Part shown: positions 39,366 to 48,648 of the stretch, piece after piece
How positions within the stretch are numbered: the stretch's first letter is position 1
Layout: each line of letters opens with the position of its first letter
NCBI GenBank assembly: GCA_965204375.1
Contig: OZ241986.1
Location: forward strand, 1,728,001-1,792,000
Source: Candidatus Latescibacterota bacterium
GTDB lineage: Bacteria > Latescibacterota > UBA2968
DNA: 64,000 nucleotides
Direction: 5' to 3'
The notes under the pieces: model-generated
Database searches by the model: none
What the model saw: only the letters and a program-made list of their open reading frames with translations
What the model was told of the DNA's origin: nothing
Made by a program: the position numbers and the translations under genes

Positions 39366-40841
39366 TCACAATGAGAGAATCTTCCTGATCTTCCCCGGCT
39401 GCGCCCAGTTGCATTTCCCCTCTCCGTTGAGTTGTCTCAACAAAGTGGGAATACCCGGATGTTGAAGTGCAACGCAAATCCGCTTTGCATCGGCCTCGTT
39501 CCAACAGGGGATAAACGCCTGCATAGCTTGATTCGCCTGCCACACCTGTCCATCCACACTGTTTAAAATCACCGGATGAAAGTCGCTCTTGCCATAAGCC
39601 TCCCAAATAACCTTGTAGGGCGCAAAAGAATACGGTCCAACGCCAAGCAGCGACCACCAGACGCCTTTGCCAATAGCAGATCGGATCAAAGTGCCTTTCC
39701 GGCCTTCGAGTTTGCCTTTAACCTCAATGAGATATTGTCTCAGTTCGGCATATAGCTCAATGCGGTCCCATAAAAGCGGTCTTCCCGTATTTTTATCATA
39801 CGGAAGCAAAATCCATTTATGCGGAGCCAGGTCCCCATTCTTCCAGATCTCCTTTGTCGCAAGGGGAAAAATAAATTCCCCGGGCAAATACTTTGGCTTG
39901 TCCTCGAACATAAAAATCGCATTCGCTCCGCAAGTATTCACGCCCTGACGCGGTTTCTGGTCAGAAGACAGTTCGACTTTGATGGAGGTATCGAGATCGG
40001 CAGTATCCCCGCGTTGAAGAATGCGCCATTGATCGTCAGATGCCTTTAGAGGAATCGCCCGGTGTTCAATCCACTTCTCTCCTCGCTCTCTGAAATACCT
40101 GACGGGAAATTTATGAGACACATCCAGGCGAAACTTAGCGCAGCAGTAGGATGTACCAATCCCCTCAAACACCTTTGTCGCAGTAAATTCACGTACCTCA
40201 TCCACCGCAAATCTCCGACCACTGGCAACGTAGTCCCTGAATCCCCTGTGAGCATCACCTGAGAAGAGAGAAAGTGGTATATAGAAACACCCTATCCCAT
40301 TCTTGCGTAGCAAGTTGCCCAGTACGACTTTCAACACCAGTGCTGCGATATCGGTGCGCGAGGAACCGAGAAGAACCCGTTTTTTATCGGGAACCAGCCC
40401 TTCTGCCACAAAATGGGGCTTGAGTCTATCCTTATATGAATCGGACAAATCCGTGAAATTTGCCCACGGCGGGTTGCCAAACAGGATGTCGTGATTGGTA
40501 TTCGGAGGATCTGTAATCACATCTAAAGCGAGAAGCTGAGACGAGGGAAAATCAATCTCAAATTTTTGACGTACTTTACGTTGAAATGCCTGAAGATGTG
40601 ATGCGCGGACCTCAATCAAAGTCAGCCGGGAAAGAAGTTCCGGCGCAATCCGAATACCTCTCGACCTGGCGAGACGGAACAGTGCGAGTGCGAAAGCTCC
40701 CTGTCCCGCAGTCGGGTCACAAATAGAAGCCCCATTAATCCATGCATCGAAAATACTCCACCGCTCGATAAGCCATTCTGCCCACTTAATCGGAGTAAAA
40801 ATCTGCCCGATCTCAACACTGCGTGAATTGTTTACAGACAT
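39366..40841 (-). CDS. Amino (probably N6-adenine) DNA methyltransferase, no adjacent REase
   Basis: GQIFTP, DPTAGQGAF (motif I), GNPPW (motif IV); start uncertain (40841 or 40865). Confidence 0.87.
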   Translation of the reverse strand: MSVNNSRSVEIGQIFTPIKWAEWLIERWSIFDAWINGASICDPTAGQGAFALALFRLARSRGIRIAPELLSRLTLIEVRASHLQAFQRKVRQKFEIDFPSSQLLALDVITDPPNTNHDILFGNPPWANFTDLSDSYKDRLKPHFVAEGLVPDKKRVLLGSSRTDIAALVLKVVLGNLLRKNGIGCFYIPLSLFSGDAHRGFRDYVASGRRFAVDEVREFTATKVFEGIGTSYCCAKFRLDVSHKFPVRYFRERGEKWIEHRAIPLKASDDQWRILQRGDTADLDTSIKVELSSDQKPRQGVNTCGANAIFMFEDKPKYLPGEFIFPLATKEIWKNGDLAPHKWILLPYDKNTGRPLLWDRIELYAELRQYLIEVKGKLEGRKGTLIRSAIGKGVWWSLLGVGPYSFAPYKVIWEAYGKSDFHPVILNSVDGQVWQANQAMQAFIPCWNEADAKRICVALQHPGIPTLLRQLNGEGKCNWAQPGKIRKILSL

Positions 40842-41281
40842 CCTTTTCAACCCATTCCAGTGCAATCAGTTATGTCAATCATCTGATGAATTTTCTCCAA
40901 CGTAATCAGATACAGTTTTCGGATCTATTTCGCCTTTGAGTACACATATCGCTTCTATGCACACCTGTTCGCCTGAATTCAACTCTATTATACCCGCCTG
41001 AAAATACCTGTCAACCGATTTGTGTCAATGAGGCGGGGGAATATCCCATTTCAGATAGGAAAAGGTAGATCGCATTGAATATTAGGGCGACTTGCAAACA
41101 AAAAACTTGACAAGTTCCTTTTCACTTTTCACTTTGTTAGTTAACCATTCCTGCTCTATATTCCCCAACCACAATCTATCTTCTGAAAATTAAAAAGAAA
41201 CACTGCCGATCAAAAAATTGTCAGAGATCTTTCAGGAATTACTATTTTAAGGCGTAGAAATTACCCAAGAGGGGACGTAAC

Positions 41282-41638
41282 ATGAGTGCGCCAGAAGCTA
41301 TTGCCGATCCTATAGAGTCACCATTGGTGTCAAAAAGAGCAAAAATACAAGAGGTAGGAATCCCTCCTGAAGTTCAACAGTTTTGTGTCGAAAACAACCT
41401 TTCAGGAGCCTTGAACTTGGCACAGAAATTTGTTAAACGTTGCTTCTCTGGGATCCGAGCTCTCAAGTTGCGGCTCGTTGTAGATCCAGAGGACGATGAG
41501 AAATGGGTTGAAATAAATATTACAGTCCCGGATACTGTCGATTTTTTGACTGAGTATAACAACTACACTCGCCTATTGGTCGCCGAGATCCCCTGGCCCG
41601 AAAGAAACATGCTACGGTTCAATTTTAGTTTTGCCTAA
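41282..41638 (+). CDS. Hypothetical protein (antitoxin-like)
   Basis: GAGGGG RBS, upstream TTGTTA-17-TATATT; acidic DPEDDE motif. Confidence 0.65.
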   Translation: MSAPEAIADPIESPLVSKRAKIQEVGIPPEVQQFCVENNLSGALNLAQKFVKRCFSGIRALKLRLVVDPEDDEKWVEINITVPDTVDFLTEYNNYTRLLVAEIPWPERNMLRFNFSFA

Positions 41639-41692
41639 TACATGGAGGGAGACGCAGTTTAGCATAGAGCTTCCCATACCCACTCTTGGCAA

Positions 41693-41746
41693 AAATAGAA
41701 CCGCGCTCAGGTGTCCATAAATGACATCTAAGCGCGGTTTTTATTT
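41693..41746. terminator. Long-stem hairpin / terminator
   Basis: AACCGCGCTCAGGTGTC-cataaat-GACATCTAAGCGCGGTT flanked by A and T runs. Confidence 0.7.
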
Positions 41747-41853
41747 CTTAATGAAGTTTAGTTTGCACTTTGCATACCCCCTCAAAAGCGATACTTTAAG
41801 CAAGAAGCGCATGGTATGATCGAATTAACCGCTGACTACTGATTATTCACCAC

Positions 41854-42951
41854 ATGAACGACCTGGTAATCTATCTCACCACAAGCCTTTGCGCTGTGTA
41901 CATCTCACTGATCGCCATTTTTGTATTTGGCCTCTTTCGCAGATCGCGGCCCGTAAATTCCGGACGCCTATCTGTTTCCGTTGTCGTGCCCGCTCGCAAT
42001 GAAGCCGCCAACATCGATGCGTGTTTGCGGGCATTGGCTGCACAGACCTATCCCGACGACCATCTGGAAATTATCGTTGTGGATGATCGATCCACCGATG
42101 ATACCGCCGCTCGAATCGACAAATGGACGCGCTGTTTACCCCACTTGAGCCGCGTATCTGTCACACAGCAGGACTACGATTGTCCAAAAAAAAACGCCCT
42201 GTGGCAGGGCATCAAACACGCGCGTGGTGATATTATTTTTACAACAGACGCCGATTGTCAGCCCGGTTCCAATTGGATAGCGTCAACCCTCTCGTACTTT
42301 GCTCCCGAAGTCGGCATGGTCATCGGCCATGCTCCCCTGCTGGAAAACAAAAAAGCTCTATCGGGCCTGCTATCTCTCCAGGCACTCGTCGTCTCAACTC
42401 TCGCAGCGGGTAGCGCGGGCATTGGACTTCCGCTCACCTGTTCGGGGCGCAACATGGCCTATCGCAGAAAAGCCTTTGATGAGGTCAACGGCTTTAGCGA
42501 CATCGGCCGTATCATCGGCGGCGACGATGTGTTGCTCATGCGGCAGGTCACACAAAAAAGCGAGTGGAAAATTCGGTTCAACGCAGACGCCGATGCGTTC
42601 GTCCCTTCAGCGTCTCACCCGGACAATCTCATCAATCGACAGGTGCGCTACCAATCCAAAACCATTCACTACGGCATTCCCATCTTGATTCTGGCTCTTG
42701 CGGTATATATATTCCATGTCATTCTGGCGACATTGCCCGTTTTGTTCTGGACCAACGCAGAATTATTTTATGCAGTCGGCTCCTGCCTGGCGATAAAAAT
42801 AATCGCCGATGCCGTTTTTTTGCTCTTCGGCAGCATCCGGTTCAAAAGCCTGAAATTGCTCCTGTGGTTTCCTGTTCTCGAAATCCTGATCATACCCTAT
42901 ATTGTCATCATCTGCGCGCTCGGCACATTTTCACCGTTCAAATGGAAATAA
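41854..42951 (+). CDS. Membrane GT2 glycosyltransferase
   Basis: VPARNE, VDDRSTD, TDAD, GGDDVLL, QVRY; N- and C-terminal TM helices. Confidence 0.9.
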   Translation: MNDLVIYLTTSLCAVYISLIAIFVFGLFRRSRPVNSGRLSVSVVVPARNEAANIDACLRALAAQTYPDDHLEIIVVDDRSTDDTAARIDKWTRCLPHLSRVSVTQQDYDCPKKNALWQGIKHARGDIIFTTDADCQPGSNWIASTLSYFAPEVGMVIGHAPLLENKKALSGLLSLQALVVSTLAAGSAGIGLPLTCSGRNMAYRRKAFDEVNGFSDIGRIIGGDDVLLMRQVTQKSEWKIRFNADADAFVPSASHPDNLINRQVRYQSKTIHYGIPILILALAVYIFHVILATLPVLFWTNAELFYAVGSCLAIKIIADAVFLLFGSIRFKSLKLLLWFPVLEILIIPYIVIICALGTFSPFKWK

Positions 42952-42952
42952 T

Positions 42953-44011
42953 ATGTTATCAATCAAATTGCTGCCCGAAACCTTCATGCGATACCATCGC
43001 GCAATCACACCCCGGCGAATATGGAATGCCTCAAAAGTGGTCGCGTCCTATGCCCTCTCCAATCTGTTTCGGCGAGATATTCGCATGGGCAAACCCTTTG
43101 TACTCATGGTCGAACCCACCAATTTCTGCAACCTCAAATGCCCGCTCTGCCCCTCTGGCAATGGCGACATGACCCGCGAGCGCGGCATTATGCCATTCGA
43201 ACACTTCAAGCATGTCTTTGAGCAACAGGCCGATCACCTTTTGCTCCTCATGTTGTGGAATCAGGGCGAACCCTTTATCAACAAGCACCTCACCGACATG
43301 ATCCGACTGGCCTCCGCGCACAATGTCCCCACACTGACCAGCACCAATGTCCACTACATCAAAAATCGGGAAACCGCTCGAGACATTGTGGATTCCGGCC
43401 TTTCCGAACTCGTGGTCTCTCTGGACGGCGTCACACCCGAAAGCTATGTCAAATACCGCGTGGGAGGCAATTTTGACCGCGTGCTCGAGGGCATCCGCCT
43501 GCTCGTCCAGGCAAAACGCGATCTGCAAAGCAGCCATCCCCTGATCCACCTGCAATTTATCATCATGAAACACAACGAACACGAAATTGCAGCCGCGCGC
43601 AAATTCGCTCGGGAGTTAGGCGTGGATCGCCTCTCGCTCAAAACCGCCCAAGTTTATACCGAATCCGATGCAGAGACCTTCTTACCTTCTGACGAGAAAT
43701 TCAGCCGCTACGATTACACTGCCGACCACCTCTCGACCAAAAGCAAAATCAGCAACACCTGTCGCCACCTGTGGTACAGCACCGTCATCAATTGGGATGG
43801 CGCTGTATCGCCCTGCTGTTTTGACAAAGATGTTCACTACGGCCTCGGCGATGCCCTCAATGAGTCGGACTTCGACCAGATCTGGACCGGTCAAAAATAC
43901 AAGGACTTCCGCAATGCCATCCTCAAAGACCGCAAATCTGTACCAATATGCAATAACTGCTCAGAAGGCGTAAAAGGCATGTTTTACGATATAGAAAAAG
44001 TCGAGCAATGA
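42953..44011 (+). CDS. Radical SAM/SPASM-type protein
   Basis: CNLKCPLC; C-terminal CRHLW...PCCFD...CNNC. Confidence 0.92.
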   Translation: MLSIKLLPETFMRYHRAITPRRIWNASKVVASYALSNLFRRDIRMGKPFVLMVEPTNFCNLKCPLCPSGNGDMTRERGIMPFEHFKHVFEQQADHLLLLMLWNQGEPFINKHLTDMIRLASAHNVPTLTSTNVHYIKNRETARDIVDSGLSELVVSLDGVTPESYVKYRVGGNFDRVLEGIRLLVQAKRDLQSSHPLIHLQFIIMKHNEHEIAAARKFARELGVDRLSLKTAQVYTESDAETFLPSDEKFSRYDYTADHLSTKSKISNTCRHLWYSTVINWDGAVSPCCFDKDVHYGLGDALNESDFDQIWTGQKYKDFRNAILKDRKSVPICNNCSEGVKGMFYDIEKVEQ

Positions 44012-44029
44012 ATTAAAAATTAAGAATTG

Positions 44030-44072
44030 GTGGTTGGGTGGTTGGGACTGACAACTGACAACTGACAACTAA
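44030..44072. repeat. Heptamer repeat (ACTGACA x3) element
   Basis: ggttgggtggttgggactgacaactgacaactgacaact; inverted copy of part of the 9973 element. Confidence 0.75.
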
Positions 44073-45188
44073 ATGGATATCATCCTTCACTTATTGCTGC
44101 TCTTTACAATCCTCTACGCCCTCGTCGCACTGTGTTTTTTTTTCGGATTATTCCGCCTGAACAATCAGCCGCGCACTGATGAAACGCCATTTATATCCAT
44201 CGTTATTGCCGCGCGCAATGAAGCGGATTATATTGGCAAATGCCTCGATTCCCTGAAACAACAGACCTATCCATCCGACAGATTTGAAATCCTCATCGTT
44301 GACGACGACTCGACAGATAACACATCCCAAATAGTCGCCTCCACGCGCCTGGACAATCTCCGCCTTTTGTCTGTCAATAACAGCTTTCCAGAAATGGTGG
44401 CAAAAAAACGCCCGATGTCCGTTGGCATTCACCGCGCGCGGGGCGAATGGATCCTCACCACCGATGCCGACTGCACCGTGCCGACCACCTGGATCGCCAG
44501 CATGGCGTCTTATATGGCGGCTGATATTGGCGTTGTCATCGGATTTTCGCAACTTACATCGCGCTCATTTTTCGGTCAATTACAGGCTTATGATTTTCTC
44601 GCCCTTATGGCCGCGGCTGCTGGCGCTGTCGGGATGGGCATTCCCCTGGCTGCTTCGGGACAAAATTTTGCCTATCGCAAATGTCTTTTTAAAAAAGTCG
44701 GCGGTTTTCGCGACATAGCACACCGCCCGTCTGGCGACGATGTGCTATTGCTCCAATTGCTGCGACAGGCATGGGATGGACGCATTGCGTTTGCCGCTGA
44801 TCCTGGCGCTTATGCAACTACCCATCGCCCAGAAACCCCATCATCGCTGTGGCAGCAACGCAAGCGATGGGCATCTAACGCCGCGTATCAACTGCGTCTC
44901 AACCCCATTTTTTTTTCCTATATTGCAGTGGTCTTTTTCATCAACGTGCTCATCCCCGCTGCTTTTGTCATCTCAATAACAGATGGCACATATACACTAC
45001 CTCTGATCTGCTGGGGCGCGAAAATACTGGTAGATCTGCTTATAGCGGGAAAAGGCGTTTACACCTTCAAGCGTGCGGATCTACTCATCATGTTTCCATT
45101 CTGGGAGATCGTGCAAATCCCCTACACCATTCTCATCGGCCTCGCGGGAACTCTGCGCGGATTTACATGGAAAGGCCGAGAGCATTGA
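44073..45188 (+). CDS. Membrane GT2 glycosyltransferase (paralogue of 41854)
   Basis: IAARNE, TDAD, SGDDVLL, QRKRW, FTWKGR. Confidence 0.9.
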   Translation: MDIILHLLLLFTILYALVALCFFFGLFRLNNQPRTDETPFISIVIAARNEADYIGKCLDSLKQQTYPSDRFEILIVDDDSTDNTSQIVASTRLDNLRLLSVNNSFPEMVAKKRPMSVGIHRARGEWILTTDADCTVPTTWIASMASYMAADIGVVIGFSQLTSRSFFGQLQAYDFLALMAAAAGAVGMGIPLAASGQNFAYRKCLFKKVGGFRDIAHRPSGDDVLLLQLLRQAWDGRIAFAADPGAYATTHRPETPSSLWQQRKRWASNAAYQLRLNPIFFSYIAVVFFINVLIPAAFVISITDGTYTLPLICWGAKILVDLLIAGKGVYTFKRADLLIMFPFWEIVQIPYTILIGLAGTLRGFTWKGREH

Positions 45189-45270
45189 AGTGTGAAGGAA
45201 GAAGTGTGAAGTGTGAAACTGTGTATAACTGGTTGCTGCCCAAAGACTATTTTGCCCTATGAGGTACTCC

Positions 45271-46416
45271 ATGACCGCTAAAATCCTTTTCTGCCTCCTC
45301 AGTCTGCTGCTCGCCATACCGTCCCATGCACAACGCCCGCGCGCCCGGGATCTGGGCATTGAAATTGGCACATTGCCCACAGGTACATACAACGCTATCA
45401 CCGATGTCAAAGGCGTTCTCGTCGGTCACGTCACCTTAATTGAAGGGAGTGGCGAACTCGTCATAGGTAAAGGACCCGTACGAACGGGTGTCACGGCTGT
45501 CGTTCCACACAGCGAGGATATCTATCGAAATAATGTATTCGCCGCGGCCGAAGCCCTCAATGGCAACGGTGAAATGACGGGTATGGCATGGGTTAACGAA
45601 CGTGGACAACTCGAAGTGCCCCTTGTACTTACGAATACACTCTCTGTGGGCGAAGGCTACAGCGGTGTGGTCGCATACATGCTCAAACAGGGCACGGGGC
45701 GGGTTCCCCTACCCGTAGTCGCCGAATGTTACGACGGCGGTCTCAACGATATAGCCGGGCGACACGTCACAGTTGATCACGTTGTCGAAGCCATTGAAAT
45801 CGCCACAGGCGGCGCAGTGCCCGAAGGTTCGGTTGGCGCAGGCACGGGAATGCGTGCGTATGGATTCAAAGCAGGCATCGGCACGGCATCGCGCGTTGTA
45901 CCAGATGGACATACCATAGGCGTGCTCGTCAATGCCAACTGTGGACGCAGGGGGGAACTCCTCATTGCCGGCGTTCCCGTGGGACGCGAATTGCCCGTTC
46001 AGACTTCCCCAACGCGCGATGGCTCGATCATAGTGGTCATTGCCACCGACGCACCCCTGGTGCCACATCAATTGCGGCGCCTGTGCAAACGCGCCGCCAT
46101 AGGCATTGGTCGCACGGGCACTGTTTCTCGCACCAGCAGCGGGGATTTTTCTCTTGCCTTTTCAACCGCCTATCGCCTACCTCGCACCCGCGCTGACCGC
46201 GATACAATTACCACACTGCGCGATGGTCGGCTGACCGCTATTTTTCAAGCCACTATTGAAGCCACTGAAGAAGCCATTGTCAATGCCATGTGCGTAGCAG
46301 AACCCATGACAGGCCGAGACAACCGCACAATGCCCGCGTTACCGCATGACAAATTAATCGAGGTGATGCAAAAATACGGCCGGATGAATCAACACAACGA
46401 TGTGCAACAGCGGTAA
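45271..46416 (+). CDS. DmpA-like (P1 family) aminopeptidase, secreted
   Basis: NAITDVKGVLVGH, RTGVT, NGNGEMTG, GAGTGM, DGSII autocleavage motif. Confidence 0.92.
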   Translation: MTAKILFCLLSLLLAIPSHAQRPRARDLGIEIGTLPTGTYNAITDVKGVLVGHVTLIEGSGELVIGKGPVRTGVTAVVPHSEDIYRNNVFAAAEALNGNGEMTGMAWVNERGQLEVPLVLTNTLSVGEGYSGVVAYMLKQGTGRVPLPVVAECYDGGLNDIAGRHVTVDHVVEAIEIATGGAVPEGSVGAGTGMRAYGFKAGIGTASRVVPDGHTIGVLVNANCGRRGELLIAGVPVGRELPVQTSPTRDGSIIVVIATDAPLVPHQLRRLCKRAAIGIGRTGTVSRTSSGDFSLAFSTAYRLPRTRADRDTITTLRDGRLTAIFQATIEATEEAIVNAMCVAEPMTGRDNRTMPALPHDKLIEVMQKYGRMNQHNDVQQR

Positions 46417-46516
46417 TAGCTCATGCTGATACCTGACCGACCATCCTGAACATCCTTTCATCACTGGATAGAATCATTCCAGTGCAAGCTCTGAAAATCC
46501 TGATCCGAGGTGCTCT

Positions 46517-47992
46517 ATGTCTCAAATACCCATCATCACTGCCCTTTGTGCCTATGTTTTTATCACCCTATTGGTTGGCGTCTATGCTGGTAGGCGCGTT
46601 AAAGATTCCGCCGACTTTGTCGTTGCGGGGCGGCGTCTGGGCATCTTGCTGGCTACGGGCACGCTTTCCGCCACCTGGTTTGGTACAGGCACTGTGCTCG
46701 GCGCAGCGGGCGCGGCTTACAAAGGTGGCTTTTTAGCCATTATAGCCGATCCTTTTGGCGCAGCCCTGTGTCTGTTTCTCGCAGGCTTGTTTTACGTGCG
46801 AATGATGCGCCGCATGGGCGTTTCAACCATTGCCGAATTTTTTGAACGGAGATTTGGGAAAACAGCCGGTGTGGTCGCTGCTGCGTGTACGATTCCTGCC
46901 TATCTGGGCTGGGTTGCATCGCTAATGGTGGGATTTGGGAAAATTATTCACGCGCTCACGGGATTGGATGCGGTAGTAGGTACCTGCCTGGGCGCTGCTA
47001 TTGTACTGATCTATACAACAATAGGCGGCATGTGGGCGGTGACACTGACAGACTTCATTCAGGTGGCCGTCTTAACCCTGGGGCTAATTTTTATGACACC
47101 CGTTCTCCTGAGCGACATGGGGGGATGGGCCGCCATACGAGCGCAACTACCCGATGACCAATTTTATCTCTATCCCCGCGATGCAGACATGACCACATGG
47201 TTTAATTATGCGCGTGCCTGGCTGGTAATTGGCCTGGGCAATCTCGCCGGACAGGACCTTTTGCAACGCAGCCTATCCAGCCGAAACGAATCCGTCGCCC
47301 AAAACAGCGCGTATCTCTCCGGTATTATTTACCTGACCGTTGGTCTCTTGCCTGTATTCCTGGGTATTGCAGCCACCCTCACATTTCCCAATCTGGCCGA
47401 CCCCGAGCAAGTGATGATGAAACTCGCCGAAACATATCTCCCCCCACTCGGCATGGCCGTTTTTATCGGTGCTTTGATCTCCGCACTGATGAGCAGTGCA
47501 GACAGCGCCTTGCTCGCCCCTGCCAGCGTGATCGGCAACGATCTGATCCGCTACTTGCGCCCCGATATTGACGCGCGAACCCAACTGCGCCTGTGCCGCC
47601 TGAGCGTCCCCGTCCTCGGCATCATCGCGCTTTATCTCGCCCTTTCGCACGACACGGTTTACACGCTGATGGTCGATTCCTGGTCCATCTTGCTGGCAAC
47701 TCTCTTTGTGCCTCTCACTGCAGGTATCTGGTGGCGCAACGCCAATCGCTCTGGCGCGCTCTGGTCAATGATTTCAGGTGCTATCGCCTATCTCATCCTG
47801 CTTCAAATCGCACCCGACCAACCCGCCGACCTCCTCGCAGTACCCGTCGGCCTCCTCGCACTTGTCATCATAACCAAAGCGACCACAAAAACAGATCCAC
47901 CCTTGCCATTGAGCGATACGTCAGGAACACCTCTCCCCTATACAAACCGCCTGGGTGCTCTAAATCCACTTCGAGGTTTATCCGATAAATAA
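46517..47992 (+). CDS. Sodium:solute symporter family protein
   Basis: DFVVAGRRL, GGMWAVTLTD, SALMSSADS. Confidence 0.93.
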   Translation: MSQIPIITALCAYVFITLLVGVYAGRRVKDSADFVVAGRRLGILLATGTLSATWFGTGTVLGAAGAAYKGGFLAIIADPFGAALCLFLAGLFYVRMMRRMGVSTIAEFFERRFGKTAGVVAAACTIPAYLGWVASLMVGFGKIIHALTGLDAVVGTCLGAAIVLIYTTIGGMWAVTLTDFIQVAVLTLGLIFMTPVLLSDMGGWAAIRAQLPDDQFYLYPRDADMTTWFNYARAWLVIGLGNLAGQDLLQRSLSSRNESVAQNSAYLSGIIYLTVGLLPVFLGIAATLTFPNLADPEQVMMKLAETYLPPLGMAVFIGALISALMSSADSALLAPASVIGNDLIRYLRPDIDARTQLRLCRLSVPVLGIIALYLALSHDTVYTLMVDSWSILLATLFVPLTAGIWWRNANRSGALWSMISGAIAYLILLQIAPDQPADLLAVPVGLLALVIITKATTKTDPPLPLSDTSGTPLPYTNRLGALNPLRGLSDK

Positions 47993-48011
47993 ATTAAAAG
48001 GAGACGCAATC

Positions 48012-48230
48012 ATGACCCAACTTCTTGAAAAAGCACTCCAGGAAGTGTCTAAACTTCCCCCTGAAAAGCAGGAGGCTATCGCAAGTATAATCATTGAAGA
48101 ACTCGAAGATGAACGCCAATGGGATGAAGCGTTTGCCGCATCACAAGATAAACTCGCCAAACTCGCCCAAAAAGTCCGGGACGATATCAAGGCAGGTCGT
48201 TTCAAAAAAATGGGGTTTGACGAGCTATGA
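48012..48230 (+). CDS. Antitoxin of a type II TA pair
   Basis: MTQLLEKAL...LPPEKQEAIA...WDEAF; overlaps the toxin start (ATGA). Confidence 0.8.
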   Translation: MTQLLEKALQEVSKLPPEKQEAIASIIIEELEDERQWDEAFAASQDKLAKLAQKVRDDIKAGRFKKMGFDEL

Positions 48231-48496
48231 ACTCGTATCTGATGGACGATTTCATAGCCCATTTTCGGAGATTACCGGCGAGCGTGCAAGAGAAAGCTCG
48301 CAAAAACTATCGTCTTTGGCGGCAAAACCGTAACCATCCGAGTTTGCAATTCAAGCGGATACAGGCTGCCGAACTAATTTACTCAGTACGAGTGGGAACC
48401 CGCTGGCGCGCTTTGGGCTTGCGGGAAAATAATGCGATCTACTGGTTTTGGATTGGCTCTCATGCAGAGTATGATAAACTGCTTGATCAATTATAG
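48227..48496 (+). CDS. RelE/ParE-like toxin
   Basis: HPSLQFKRI, YSVRVG..WRALG, WFWIGSHAEYD. Confidence 0.82.
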   Translation: MNSYLMDDFIAHFRRLPASVQEKARKNYRLWRQNRNHPSLQFKRIQAAELIYSVRVGTRWRALGLRENNAIYWFWIGSHAEYDKLLDQL

Positions 48497-48648
48497 TATC
48501 CCACCCTTGCCACTGAAGAATTCCATTCACTTATGAAAATCGCCTGGGGGTTCTAACACAATCCACCTGATCCATATCCAGCACAAGTAGTGAAATGAGA
48601 GAAAAAAAGAAATCATGCGTTAGAGTACATAAACCGAAAGGATATATT

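Noticed and set aside
40866-41281. Restriction endonuclease remnant upstream of the MTase
   Set aside because: Only short frames with no recognisable nuclease motif
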